Shown: positions 1 through 14,271, numbered from the whole stretch's first letter. The stretch: 63,841 bases of DNA, filler included, from Neolecta irregularis DAH-3 (GCA_001929475.1; 7 parts of 7 records of this genome joined end to end with filler, not necessarily neighbours in it); one strand, 5' to 3'. The notes: generated by a model not told the origin, from the letters alone. A program made the numbers and translations.

Positions 1-750
1 CTTATCTTAGCTCCATTCCTTAGAGCCACTAGAATGTAGTAAGCCTACTAAGACGTGGGCTTACACACACCCAAGCCCAACATCTAGCAGCGATACCAGA
101 ATGTGCTGGTGGATGACTGCTGATGTGCTGCACTTGCCTGTGATCACCAGGTGCATGACAGTGCACAGTAACAGCACAATGTTTGGCAGCAGTGGCAGAT
201 TTGTTTATAGAAGTAGTGCAAAATTCATTAATGGGTGTAATGGAAATAAATGGATGCTTTGGTTGAAGAGTGTTTTTATGATTGCATTGGTCATATTGCA
301 AGAAACTGGACTGCTTTCTTTTTGAGATATTCTGACAAATCTCAAGGCAAGAAGTTGGAATTGGAGTGGCGTCGTCGAACGCAACTTCAAATACATTTGC
401 CAAAATTACCTCATATTTGTATATTTGGATGAAATTGTGGTGGCCGAACACACACTTACCGGATCAGTATTGGAACTATACTTTTTTATCGAGATATTGC
501 GACGAATATCACACAATAAAGTTGGAATTTGTGTTGTGCCGAACGCTATGTTAAATTGGAATGTCAAACCAAAACGGTGGCTCCCGAACGCACCCTGAAA
601 TCTATCTAGGCCCTACATTGCCTAGTCTGGGATCTGCCGCCATAGCCGACCCGCACTTGCCGGTGTCACTGCCCCCGGGCTGCAGTCTCGATCCCAATCT
701 CTTACATTCACACCACCAAATCCTATTTCCAGTCTAGCACGCATATTCCT

Positions 751-3700
751 ATGAAACCAGGAGATCAGGTCCATATACAAGGCTACTCCCAGGGGATCCT
801 CATATGGAAGATCAAAGGCATTGCCGTTGTTCGAGCCCTCGGCCCCGAACACAAATGGTGTCTGCTCAAACTCGCGATCCGCCCCGGTTTCTCTTTTTGA
901 CACTTCTCCTTGCACTTACTCCAGATTACAGGTCCATTGCAAGGCTCAAACACGAGTGGAACATCCTCAAAGAGCTCCACGGTTCTCCTGGGGTCACAAA
1001 GAATGCCACCTGGGGAAACTCGACATTTGGGCCGTCCATATCCGTAGAATCCACCCAGGAAACCTTTCGTGAGCGCTTCATCGTCCCCGGCTACCATTGG
1101 GACTGGAAGTACTTTATCTTTTGTGCTAAGGCCATCGTCCAGGCTATCCATCAGGTCCACGCTAGAAATATCTGCCACCGCCTCATCCGCCCGGATGTCT
1201 TTTATATCAATCAGAACGAGATCACCTTGCGAGACTTTTTCGAGAGTTCAAAATTAGAAATGGACGAGCCAATTTCCGATATTCTTGATGGCCAACTTCC
1301 GTATCTAGCGCCGGAGTCTACCGGCCGCACCGGAAGGATAGGTTCCGACATGCGCGCAGATTTCTACTCCCTCGGAGCTTCTTTTTACGAGTTAATCACT
1401 GGAAAGCTCCCCTTTGCCGCACAGGACCAACTAGGTCTCGTCCATGCACATGTGGCTCAACCTGTAATCCCGCTGTACGAAATTGACTCTTCGGTCCCCC
1501 GAATGATCTCTGATATCGTCGTCAAGCTGCTGCAAAAACAGCCCGAAGACCGCTATTCAACACTGGAAGGTCTCATATACGATCTAGAAGAGATAAACAA
1601 CCGCTTGTTGGATGGGCGGCCTTCGGAAGGGTTCCAGGCTGGGAGATTGGATCTCGCTAGCAGATTCATCTTAAGTCAGCGGCTCCATGGTCGAGAGGGG
1701 GAAGTCAAAATTATTCGAGACGCGTTTGACAGGGTTCAGCAATCCGGGAAATCCGAACTTGCTTTCGTCACTGGGTTTTCTGGCGTTGGAAAGTCAAGGT
1801 TGATCAAGGAACTGTACGAGCAGCTAACCATGGCCCGAGCTTTCTTCGTATCTGGCAAATTTGGTACCGTCATTTCTGGTAATCCTAGTCTGATACAAAG
1901 AACAAAACAAACGCAACGTGCCCTTTTCAGCCTTGATACAAGCCCTCTCCAGCCTGACAAAACAGCTTTACACGGAAACAGAAGACTCTTTACAGAAATG
2001 GCGTCTTAAAATTGAACAAGCTCTTGGCGAAGAAATTCGTGTTCTGGCGGAAGTCGTCCCGGATCTCAATAAACTACTGGGTGAAAGCCAACACTACCCA
2101 CCACTCCCTGAACTCGCTCCTCTTGCGAGCGAAGAGCGATTCAAGCGCAATCTTAAAAAGTTTTTGGAGTTGTTTGCAGATCCAGGCCGACCCTTGATCA
2201 TGTTTATCGACGATTTGCAATGGGCTGGACATGCAGATATCCGAGCATTCATTGGCACTGTAGACCGGTCCGGGAAAGACGCAGCTGAAAATCTCCTCTT
2301 TCTCTGCGCGTATCGAGACCATGAAATGACCGCCGACCAATTGGCAATTCTGTCTACGCAGCTGGAGAATGCAACCGTCAATATCCACCTCGGCCCACTA
2401 AAGTACAAACAAGTTCAAGACATTGTCTGTGAAACGCTTTGCAGAACCGATATCGAAAGCCCAGACATTGCTGAGCTCTGTCGACATATGATGCTTCGGA
2501 CCCGCGGAAACGCATTTTTTGTAACGCAGCTATTGAAAACGCTATACGTGAAGGAGTGCATAGTGTTTGATTACTCGTTGGCGCAATGGGTGTGGGACAT
2601 GCCGGCAACCGAGAAACTCGAAATTGCAGATGATATTCTTACACTTGTTCTCAGTCAACTGCATCAGCTCGTTGGTGAAAACACACGCCGAACACTAGTC
2701 ACTGCCGCAGCATTGGGAAACTCCGAGTTTCGCCTGGATACGATGGCACTCGTGCTCCAATCTACACCCTATGAAATTGCACATTGGTTGTTTCCCGCTC
2801 TACTATCAGGTTTCATTTTACCTGGGAGCTCAAACTATCGCATTCCGCTGGCAATGGATGAAGACACTGCAGAATACGCGAGTGTTGCAAACCCAAGCGG
2901 GACGTTTTCGCAGACCACTTATCATGCAATGATGAAAGATATCAGCAAAGAAGTAACATATCGCTTCTTGCACGACCGAGTGCAGGAATCAGCATACAAT
3001 CTGTACTCACAATCAAAGATGATGGTCTTGCATCTCAACATTGGCCGTATATTTCTGCAAAACTACGATTCGCAGGCCATTCAAGATAATATCTTTGAGG
3101 TCTGCCAGCAGCTGAATCGCGGGATCAGTCTAGTTACGGATCCGAGTGAACAATATCTCATTGCAGAACTCAACATTGACGCCGCTTCCAAAGCACTCCA
3201 ACAAACCGCTTTTTGCGTCGCCAGAGATCATCTCGATGTCGCGATATCTCTAATCAATAGAGTGTCGCCACTGTGGCTTCGTTGTCTCGAACTCAAGTTT
3301 GCCGCAGACTTCAGTTTATGTGACTATAGCGCCGCTCTACAGGCTGCCGATGATTACCTCTCCGCATCCACTACCCGAACACAAAAAGTGTTCATTACCG
3401 AACGGAAATGCAAAGCGCTGATGGCCAGCGGGAGTATCGATCAGGCGTTGAACCTAGGAATCGAGTGTCTTCATTGGCTCGGTTTTGAGTTTCCCAGACT
3501 GAATAATACAGAGGGACTCGCTGAGATGGAGAGTAAATTATGGGATATGATTCCCGTCAATATCTCTGCTATCTCGGACGTGGAAAAATTACCAGATCTC
3601 ACTGACACGTTTCTTCTCCAAGTAACAAAATTGATGGTGACCCTGATTCCCCCGGTACCCTCTCCAAAAGATTAGTATTGACATGCGACAGCTTTTTCTG

Positions 3701-6700
3701 ATTAGTATTCAACATTCGTTGGTGATTTGTCTGCTTGCCGCGACACAGGCTATTGAACATGGAAACAGCGGCTATTCGGCATATGTCTACGCATTTATCG
3801 CACTCTGGTTCTCTGACGTCGATGCCCCCCGGTGTAATTTCGCCGCTGGAGGAAGATGGTGTGATGTTTCCGAGAATGTAGTTGAGAGATTGGGCACAGT
3901 GCAGCTTAAAGCCGCGAGTTACACGATTATCGGTATCATCTCTGCGGCAGAGCGGTCCGAATTTACCCTTTTGTAGGATGTGTACGGTCTTGGACCAGAC
4001 ATATGAGACTCTCAAGGGGACCATTTGAGCTTGCTATCAAAAATGCAGAGACCGCATGGGATGGAGAATATATCGCATTCGCAGGGTATGTCTATATCGT
4101 CCTGCGACTTGCTCATCTGTAGACTAGATTTGCTTATGTGGAGTGAATTTGGGGGCGAGCCATTAGATAAAGTCTGGGAAGTAGGCGCGAAACTGGAACC
4201 GGTAATTCGCACATTTAATCGAGATGTGGGGACCTTCTACTTTACTCCCTTTTTCCAAGGGCTCTGTAATCTTCGTGGACAAGGCAGATCGAAGGATATC
4301 TGCATTCTGGAAGGACCTATATTTCACGAACTGGAAGATCGAGATAGATTGACCGGGATGGGCCTGCATCTCTGTTATTATTACCTGATAAAATGTAAAT
4401 TGTCAATCCTGTTTGGACGGAAAGATTTAGCGCTGGAGATTACTAATCTTGGGGAGAAAGTGATCCCAGAGGCAGCAGGGATGTTGGCTCAACGTACGTA
4501 CAATCTCATTCTTGTTTGTGAGAAATTTGCAAACTGACACTTGACAGCAATGTTTGCTTTCTACTCGACTCTCGCATACTTTGATAATATTGACAGCCTT
4601 AATGAAGAGCAAATGGCAATAATCACGAGGAACATTGACCGAATGCAAAAGTGGGCAGATGCCTGTCCAGAAAATTTCAAACCGTTGTATCTCATCATGA
4701 AAGCCGAGGTTGCGAAACAAGAAAACACAATTTTGGAAGCTGTTAAATTATACGACGAGGCCATTGCATATGCAGCGGAGCAGCAACGTCACCAAGTCGT
4801 TGCACTGGCAAATGAGCGGGCCGGTGAAATGCTTTCTGCTACTATGGGAAAGAAAATGGCTTTAGGATATTTTAGTGATGCCTACCAAAATTATCTCAAG
4901 CAGGACCATACAGGTTTCCAAGGACTAATACAATAGATGGGGCTGTCGATTTAAAGCAACTGGCCTTTTCGATGCGCATCTTCTCAATTCTCCCGATCCA
5001 TATAGCTTTATTATTCCATTTGGAAAAAATCGGCAGTCTGCTGCTGATATGCCCGATATGAAGACTCTTCAAATCAGCGATTGGGTAGCTCCAATGACCA
5101 ATCCAGAAGACGGGTTTGAAACTTCTCGTCCGCCCACTCCTAGGTTTGAACATCCACCTTTACAACCTGGCAATCAGCTGGATTGGATGTCTGGTACAAT
5201 TTCCCGAGTCTACTTTTAATCCTAACAATTCAGTCATGAAAGCAACTTTGACGATATCAAGCGAGACAGAGTATCCTGCACTTGTCAAGAGAATTATGCA
5301 GATTCTTCTTGCTGCGGCTGGCGCCGATTACTGCGCCTTGGCGGTTTGTAAAGACAATGTACTCCGAGTGGAAGCCACAGGGACAATTGACTCCATGACT
5401 CTGCATCCCAGTCTTCCTCTAGACGAATGCGCAGATTTGTTGCCATTAAAAGTCATTCGTTACGTGTTACACAGCGACCGTCAAATTGTTGATCTCAAGC
5501 AATTCGAAAAAGACGTGCCGGTAACAGACGAATATCTATCTAAACACAATCCGAAATCCATGCTCGCAGTACCTCTGAAAAACCAATCCTCTCTAGTTGC
5601 CGTCATTTACCTTCAAAACAATCACATTTCGCAAGTTTTCACAAAACATCGTACCGAGATTATTCAACTGTTACTATCACAAGCAGCCATTTCGATTCAA
5701 AAAGCAGAATATGGACAGCAACTAGAAACTTATGCACATAGTTTGAAACAGATGGTGGAGAACGGCACGCGGGAATTAACTTCCAAGAATGCAACTCTGC
5801 ACGCGCAAATCAGGGAACGACAACGAGTGGAAATTGAACTGAAAGCCGCAAAAGAAACGGCCGAGAATGCCACGCGAATGAAATCCAATTTCTTGGCAGT
5901 ATACAGTTGACTATGGCGCGGGCTGACTGATTCCAGATGATGTCTCATGAGATACGAACACCTTGCAATGGGATTTACGGGTGCACCACACTTTTATTAG
6001 ATTCCCAGCTAAACCACCAACAATCTGAATACGTGAGTACTATTCGAGAAAGTTCAGCGTCGTTACTACATATCATCAATGATATTTTAGGTTTTCAATC
6101 CTCCATTATATATTAACCATCAGATCTTGCTCGGATAGAAAACAATTCGATAGAGCTTGAGTCAGCTCCGTTTTCAATACGTTCCTGTATTGAGGGGACT
6201 CTGAGTATGATTGGACCAGAAGCTTACTCCAAGAATCTTGAAATCGCGTATATTTCAGGTATCGATGAGGCATTGGACGGCATTATAGGAGATTTGACAA
6301 GAGGTATATGATCTCTAACACACGATGTTAAAAGGTGAAGTTCGTCAGTGTGTTTTGAATCTCGTTTACAATGCCCTGAAGTTTACCGCGTCAGGAGAGA
6401 TTCGGGTGACTTCATCCTGTCAGACTGTTTCTCAAACCTCGAGCGGCGAGAAAGTTATAGATGTGATAATTAATGTTATCGACACTGGTATGGGTATTCC
6501 ACCTGAAAAAGTTCACTTTCTCTCATGCTTGCTGTTGACAGAATTAGGAAGATCGATTATTCAAATTGTTCTCACAAGTCGACACTTCTTCCACTCGAGT
6601 ATTCGGCGGGTCTGGGCTAGGTCTTGTTACGTATATTTCTTAGCCTGTACAGTGTCTGATTTCAATAGGAGCCGAAGACTCGCTCAACTGATGGGGGGCG

Positions 6701-7914
6701 ATCTTCACTTCCAGCCAAGGAATTCCGGCGATATTACAATGGACGGCGCTGCCGAGAACGATCAGACGGGATCCAACTTTTTATTCAGTTTCAAAGCAAC
6801 TGTCGATCCAAATGTCAACCTCAGTGTAACCATGCCAACCCATGACTTGAAAGCCCGTGTCTGCGTCGTATGCGATACTAGTCTACTGATGCAAGCGTCT
6901 TTATCGCAAATTCTTGGTTCTTTTGGATTAGAAGTCATAATTTGTGATACATTCGCAGAGTTAAATAGGTTTGTCCTGGACAAATTAGAATTCGCGTTCA
7001 TTGGGAATATCGGCGAGTCAGATCGAGCACATATTATCGACGCTCTCAAAAAATACTCTCAAATTCGAGCAATTATCCTTGTCACTGCGCCTGGAGATAC
7101 GTTTTCTGATACACTTGGTAATACCCAGGCAGATAGCGTTCTGATGAAGCCAATCAAGAAGAATCGATTGTATGATGAGAACTCAAGATATCAGCTCAAG
7201 TTTAGATATCATGTCATTCGGCAATTCTTGCCGCTTGAAGGATACACGCTAGAAAATCCGAAAGATGCTGCCAATATACTGGAACCTGAACCAATGGAAA
7301 TGACAGGGAGCAGAAAACTTAGTATCCTACTTGTGGAAGAGTACGCCCCCTCTTTTAATCGCTTATTGTTCTCTAGTAATAAGGTCAACGTGATGGTAGC
7401 TATTAAGCTACTTAAACGGGAAGGCTTTGATGAAGTGGATGTCGCGCATGATGGTGCAGAAGCCGTTGAGTATATCGAAATTTCAACATCAAAGTTTGAC
7501 AAAGCAGGGCTTCAGGGGTGAAGTGTTACGATTTGATTTTGATGGATATCAATATGCCACGAATGGATGGGTTACAAGCAACTTCTCTTATTAGGCAAAC
7601 ACAATCACCTCAGGGTTCACGTAAACAGAATTTTCATATCTAATATCTAATATATAGCCCATATCGTGGCACTTACGGCAAATGCCATGTCCGGAGATCG
7701 CGATCGGTGTTTAACAGCTGGTTGTAATGACTATCTCACAAAACCTGTTAAATTGAATGAGTTGCAACGAATACTCAAATTCTGTATGAGTGATGCATTT
7801 AGAAAACGGAAAACAACAGGAAGGTTGTACTCTATTAAGCGGAAATCAAGTGATATTAGTGATGGGTATGTTAGTTGTCGCTGGGCTCAAATTAAATGTA
7901 CTAACTTGAAGTAG
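751..7914 (+). CDS. Group X hybrid sensor histidine kinase (Ser/Thr kinase-like domain, AAA/STAND ATPase, helical region, GAF, HisKA, HATPase_c, receiver); Chk1/Mak2/Mak3-like; multi-exon
   Basis: ATG at 751 joins ORF 804 via intron 887-924. Motifs: kinase-like YLAPESTGR and ADFYSLG; P-loop GFSGVGKS; Walker [23 protein letters not shown] with YLQNN; H-box MSHEIRTP (~5937); [10 protein letters not shown] and DTGMGI; receiver LMDINMP and ALTANAM...DYLTKP. Exact 3' end uncertain. Confidence 0.92.
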
Positions 7915-8568
7915 AACAGGTGGATGGATCATAAAAACACAGTAACAAACCGAATAATTTTGACAAGGAATATTATTATAAACATATATGGATAAATAGG
8001 GCGTTGAACATGTTAATCTTTTCCGGTTGCATTTCATGCGAATAGATAGATGAATAGGTTTATATGTATGAGTCATATCTGGCAATGTATTACCTCCATA
8101 TGAATATTGATTTAATATTGTTTGTACGTCAGAAGCAATCATGGTTGACAATAATCTCACCCAGTTCCAGTGTTAGTTTTAAATTATCAGTACGAATCCC
8201 GATATCGGTTTCTGCCATTTGAAGGGAGGAGTTAACCTTGGCTCTTCATTTTCCAAAGATGGTAAATAACTATGCAAGGAACCAAATGTTAATCCGCTTA
8301 TGGGACTATGGCGGTGATATCAGACGACCTGAATGTCATAAGTCACGTCATATTGGTCATGAACTTGCAATGGGATCGACCCTCCTGCAATACATCTGGA
8401 ATATACAAGAAATTCCATACTGGCGATTAGTCTGATGCATATGTATCTATATTGGTGGTTGCACGACGATGCCAATCACTTACATATCAGGTTATCGCCT
8501 CCCACCTCCGTTCCATTCTACATCTTGGCTCCGAAATGTCCACTTTGTAAAACTCACCTCCATAGATC

Positions 8569-9621
8569 ATGCGGTTTCTCACACCTATCGCCTCAAATAA
8601 TATACCTGCAGATTATCCGCCACCCTCGTCCTTGACACACGCCCTGCGGCCTCACCGCATTGAAAGATCTGTGCCAGACGATTTACCAGAGCACCCAGAA
8701 CTAGAAAGTCTCGTCTTAAGCCATACCCGAGCCTCGGAGCGCTTTTTGAGACTTCAGCGATCCGGAAACCGAATATCGATACCAGCGAATAGAGGTTCAA
8801 CGCATCTTCGTCGACAGCGAACTATCCGGATCCAGAGGAAGCGAGATCCAGGTCCAAATCTGGGCGAGACGTCGGTGATTAAAACGAGGATCGTCGAATG
8901 TGATGGCGGTTGTTATGATAGTGCAAGCTTTCCCGTGCAGAACGTGATAGAAGACACCTCAGATGGTATCTCTTTATCGCAAATAAATTGTCAGACTAAT
9001 ACTATCTAGTCTACTGTACCGCAAATTTTGCCAACGTCAATCTCAGCATTGCCCAACGAAATTTTATGCCGTTCAATCTCGCGCAAGTCATTATACGCGC
9101 ACCGGCACACGGTTTTACATCACCCGTCCGTGATGGTTTATTGTTCGTGTCGATGAATGAAATCAAAATCGACGAGACGCGTCTTTATGACCGTCAGGAA
9201 CCGGATAACTCTTGTACCGATGACGAAGGTGCCATAGAAGATAGTGATGACGAGGGTTTCCGTAGCGGTTGTTCGACGCCACCATCTTTACCAGTTCTTT
9301 CACAGACAAGGTCGGGGACTTTGGCGCCAGTAGCTTCTTTCATGGTGGATCAAGATGCACACGAAGCTAAAATTACGTTTAGTGTTCCTCTGTGGGGTAT
9401 TTCTTTTCACACAATGGCTCACACTCTTGCAGGGCTGCGAGATACGTCTTGTTCAAATTTTTCGGGTCAAAAGGGAGCCCGCAGTGGCCATCGACCTCCC
9501 GAAATATTGACATACAGTCTGTTGTACGTTCACCAGAGTATTTGAGATATTCAGCTCATTTTTCAAGGTACTCCAAGGTACGATGGGTAAACGTTGCTTT
9601 CCTGTAGCAAAAGCTATTTGA
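8569..9621 (+). CDS. Conserved fungal hypothetical protein (CDGG...VYCT...AP.HGFTSPV...NIDIQ motifs), spliced
   Basis: ORFs 8569, 9066 and 9392 join through short GT-AG introns into one frame ending NIDIQSVVLQGTMGKRCFPVAKAI*; start uncertain. Confidence 0.6.
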
Positions 9622-9909
9622 TTAATTTTGCTGGAGTTTCAAAGGCGGATTTTTATTATGGAGGTTATAGGGGAAGCAACAATATTATCACCTATGAGAT
9701 ATCTTGGGAGAATACCCGCAATTGTATGCAGTAACCGGAAATGAATATAATCATTTCTCGGTCAGTTTCTTTTCGTTGCAGTTGGTTTATCCAGGGATAA
9801 TAAATACCGTTAATTTCTTTTCACAGCCGCGGGACTGCTTTTGGTTGGTATTGCGAAACTCACCACCACATTCGGCTCGAATCACTGTCTCCCTCATCCA
9901 ATATTCGCT

Positions 9910-10598
9910 ATGGTTAGATACGCCGCTCAACTAGAGAACCCCAGCAAGAGTGCTCTAGCTCGGTCGGAATACACTCGAACCCATTTCAAAAACTCGCGTG
10001 AAGTCTGCCATGCTATCAAGGGAATGAACCTCCACAAGGCTCTTGCCTACCTTGAAGCCGTTAAAGTAATTCAACATACGCATGCAATACCTCTAAATCT
10101 GTAGGAACACAAACGAGCCATTCCTTTTACTCGATTTCACGGTGGAATCGGAAGAACTGCTCAGGGAAAAGAATTTGGAACTTCTCAAGCTCGATGGCCC
10201 GTAAAGACAGCCCAGTTCGTTATCCAGCTCCTTAAGAACGTTGAATCCAATGCGGATGTGCGTAGACTTTAGCATTTTGCGTTTTTTTAAATTGTCTAGG
10301 CTAAAGGACTGGACACTGATTGCCTCGTCATTAAACATATTCAAGCCAACCAAGCCGCCAAGCAACGACGACGAACCTATCGGGTAAGCCAAAATTTGAA
10401 GCTGCACAGGCACCTAATATTTAATAGGCTCACGGTCGGATTAATCCATATATGAGCTCGCCTGCACATATCGAAGTCATGGTAATCGAGGAAGCCGGTG
10501 ATGCTGTACCCAAAGCTGCAGAAGACAAAGTTGCTCGATTGAACAAACGACAAATTGCTAGAAGGAGACTAATCCAATCCCGTGAACAACAGGCTTAG
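9910..10598 (+). CDS. RPL17: 60S ribosomal protein L17 (uL22)
   Basis: MVRYAAQ...[51 protein letters not shown]; three short introns. Confidence 0.96.
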
Positions 10599-10888
10599 AT
10601 GCAGTATTTGTCATTTGTTATTTACAGTATTATAAGTGAATTTGTTTGTGAATTTTTATTTTGGCATATTCTTGGTCAATACTTGAATGCAAGTTGAGAA
10701 CGATTTTCCCATTCATATCTTGTGTTCTATATCCTTGCTTCTAGAGTAGAATTTTCGCCGTAGCAAAATATGTCTTTGTCGACCTGTTATAACCAGGTGG
10801 TGAGTTCACACGTGCATATTTTCGAAAACTTTTCTCAGATCCTCTCTCTATTCACTAAACCACCTTTTACGCACTATAGAAAAAATAA

Positions 10889-11935
10889 ATGGGATTCACA
10901 CCACGAGGAAGGGGAACCCCAAGAGGACGAGATGGATTTGGAGATAGAGGCCGTGGCGGATCAAGAGGCAGCCGAGGGGGATCGCGGGGAGGATTTTCGG
11001 GTTTCTTTTCTATTTGACATGTCTGGTATCTAATTTTTCGAGCTCGAGGCGGCATTGACAAACGAGGGGGAGGACGGGGACGGGGAACTCCTAGAGGAGG
11101 ACGAGGAGGATCGCGAGGTGGAGCTAAAGTAATTGTTGAACCGCATAGACATGCAGGAGTCTTTGTTGCTCGAGGAAAGGAAGATTTGCTAGTCACTAGG
11201 AATATCAACCCTGGAGAATCGGTTTATGGTTGGCCCTGCTTTGAAATCCCGGAATTTAACTGGTCAGGAGAAAAAAGAATATCAGTTGAAGGGCCAGACA
11301 GCACAAAAACCGAATACCGCGTGTGGAATCCCTTTAGATCAAAACTTGCTGCCGGTATTCTTGGAGGTCTCGATGAAATTTATATATCACCCGGAAAAAG
11401 GGTTTTGTATCTCGGAGCAGCCAGTGGAACCAGTGTTTCGCATGTAGCGGATCTCGTTGGACCCGAAGGTTTAGTTTATGCGGTTGAATTCTCGCACCGG
11501 TCTGGTCGAGACTTGATCAACATGGCAAAAAAACGAACCAATGTCATTCCCATCATTGAAGATGCCCGGCATCCCCAAAAGTATGGTTTTGCTTTTTATT
11601 GCGGTCTGATTATAGATACCGCATGCTGGTCGGAATGGTCGACTGCGTCTTTGCTGATGTAGCACAGCCTGACCAAGCACGGATTATCGCATTAAATGCC
11701 CACAATTTCCTGAAAGCCAATGGCGGAATCGTCATCTCCATCAAAGCAAATTGTATTGATTCAACAGTCGATGCCGCCACTGTGTTCGCCCGAGAAGTCA
11801 AGAAGTTACAAGAAGAACGGATCAAACCAGAAGAACAGCTCACGCTAGAGCCATACGAGGTATGAATTACAGAGATCAATTTAACATACTCAGCGCGATC
11901 ACTGTATTATTGTTGGAAAGTACCGCACATCATAG
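10889..11935 (+). CDS. NOP1: Fibrillarin, rRNA 2'-O-methyltransferase
   Basis: N-terminal RGG/GAR domain, then [59 protein letters not shown]. Confidence 0.97.
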
Positions 11936-12099
11936 CCTTTGTTTCTTCAGATAGTCTTTTGTTGTGTAATTCTTCCCTACTCCTGTTTTCCGTAGTCTGG
12001 ATATCAAATAGCCGAGGTATCACCAATCGAATGTTGTTGCGAATTTGGATAATTTACAGATCATCTTGAATCATCCAACTCCAGTCTAAATCGCCCAAC

Positions 12100-13425
12100 A
12101 TGGCCAACAACAATGTGCCATTCAGCGTCACTTTTGCTGCAGGTGCCATTGCCGGTGTCTCTGAGATTGTAAGATTGCAATAGATTTGGAATATAAATAA
12201 TTGGTCTAGTTGACGATGTATCCCCTCGACGTGGTTAGTTGAATGAATTTCACATAAGCGCAATTGATTGATTGCTTTCAGGTCAAAACCCGCTTTCAGT
12301 TGCAAGTTGGCAAGGCCACTCCAGGTCAAGAGCAGTATACCGGAATGACCGATTGTGTAAAGAAAATCATCAAAAATGAAGGGTAATGGTTTTCTCAGTT
12401 CCTTTCATAAGTACTGATTGGGATGCTAGTTTCAGCAGATTGTATCGCGGAATCTTGCCGCCAATCCTCATGGAAGCACCAAAGAGGTGTTAAGCCGATT
12501 TCAATTTATATTGACGATCAGAGCTACGAAATTTGCTGCTAACGACGAATGGACCAAAGTATACCTCAAGACATTTGGGGTACAAAAAGTTACATCGCCC
12601 ATATCAATTTTGACGGGAGCTACTGCTGGTGCGACAGAGTAATCTGATGGGGTCACCAAACAAAATTCTGACATTCAAAGGTCATTCGTAGTCGTTCCAT
12701 TCGAAGTATGAATCTCCTTAGAGACTGAGCTCCTGACGGTTGTAAGCTCGTCAAGATACGTCTGCAGGATCGAGCTTCTGCCGGTAAATATACAGGGACC
12801 ATGGATTGTGTCAGAAAAATAGTTAAAAATGAAGGCCCACTAGCTCTGTACAACGGAATGGAAGCTACCATGATGAGGCATACTAGTCTAAGCAACTGTC
12901 TATCCTTACTATTAGACATATTGTTTGGAATGCAGGATACTTTGGTGTCATCCATCAAGTGCGAGCCATGTTACCAGCAGTCAAATCCAAAAACGGAGAA
13001 TTGTTCAATAATATGATCGCCGGTACAATTGGTATGCCAAGATTGAAACATTCAGAGTTCTAATACCAGGTGGAACCTTCGGAACCATTCTCAATACCCC
13101 TTTTGGTTTAGCCTTTATTTGCATACTAATATTCATTTTTAGATGTCGTTAAATCCCGTATTCAGAATTCGCCCAGAGTAGCTCGATCTGTACCCAAATA
13201 TAATTGGTCTATTCCTGCACTTTTCACTGTTGCTCGTGAAGAAGGGTTTTCCGCTCTGTACAAAGGATTTGCGCCAAAAGTCTTGCGGTTGGGACCTGGA
13301 GGGGGGATATTGTTAATGGTGAGTCATTTTGATGATGTCCACTTCTGATTGATATCCAGGTGTACTCTGTCATTGTTGACTTTTACAAAGAATCAGTCCG
13401 GAGAAATGGAAGTATTACTCGCTGA
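12100..13425 (+). CDS. ODC1: Mitochondrial 2-oxodicarboxylate carrier (ODC1/2 family), about 11 introns
   Basis: FAAGAIAGVSEI, MYPLDVVKTRFQLQ, LYRGILPPILMEAPKRATKFAAND, ALYKGFAPKVLRLGPGGGI; three carrier repeats. Confidence 0.9.
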
Positions 13426-13653
13426 ATTACTATAGATCTCTAGTAAACTAAAGAACTGAATAATCTAGATGATGCACTTTAGAACCAGTCAAATGTCTTG
13501 GCACCTACTTGCCATTCGGATCGTCCATAGGCTTAGTGGCATTGTCTCTCAAAGAAGATAAAGCCCTGCTCCGGGATTGTTGTCTCAAAAGGGTCTGAAA
13601 TTCTTCATATATAAGATCCTTGGTCCTGAGATCCTTCTCCACCCTGATATGAT

Positions 13654-13860
13654 AAGTGTTGGGGACGGGCCATGGGCCAATACGGGCTATTTCACGTGAT
13701 ATTAGATAATACTATTGAATATCCCTTCCTTCCGTTGCATTATCCCTATCCGCCTTCCTACCCGCCTTGCCTGCCCGCCTCACCAGCCTCACCCATCGCT
13801 CGCGAGTCCCTCCCATACCGCCCGTACCTACTCTCCAGTCCCGTCCGTACTCTCAAACCA
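13654..13860. mobile_element. Degenerate left end of a CAGTGTTGG-family hAT-like MITE
   Basis: AGTGTTGGGGACGGGCC start and CCTTCCTACCCGCCTTGCCTGCCCGCCTCACCAGCC tract shared with 60778-61007; CACGTGATA..A.ATAATAC shared with 62853-62871. Confidence 0.7.
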
Positions 13861-13897
13861 CCCTCTAATCTTGCCACACTGCTAGATATCAACGAAC

Positions 13898-14271
13898 TCA
13901 AAGGGTCTTTTCGAGATGCTGCATCTGGACCATCTCGAAATATTTCCCACACAAAGCGAGCAGCTCATTATGTGTTCCTTGTTCAACGACTTTACCTCCT
14001 TCGATAAAATAGATAACGTCAGCTCTTTGAATAGAAGAGAGCCTTGACCGAATTAGCAAAATCACGAAATAATAAAATATCGCACCGATGAGCAATAGCA
14101 ACAGTTGTGCGACCTTCAGATGCTTTCTCAAGAGCTTGATTGACAACCTCTTCAGACATAGAGTCTAATGCACTCGTTGCTTCGTCCAGTAATAAGATCT
14201 TGGGGTTCCGAATTAAAGCACGAGCAATAGCAATACGCTGCTTCTGACCACCACTCATTGAACTACCTTTC
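13898..14271 (-). CDS. ABCB/MDR-type ABC transporter, C-terminal NBD fragment (truncated by scaffold end)
   Basis: [32 protein letters not shown]...[31 protein letters not shown]. Confidence 0.93.

Noticed and set aside
804-7914. Apparent frameshifts or fragmentation of the kinase and other genes
   Set aside because: Explained by short spliceosomal introns that restore conserved frames.
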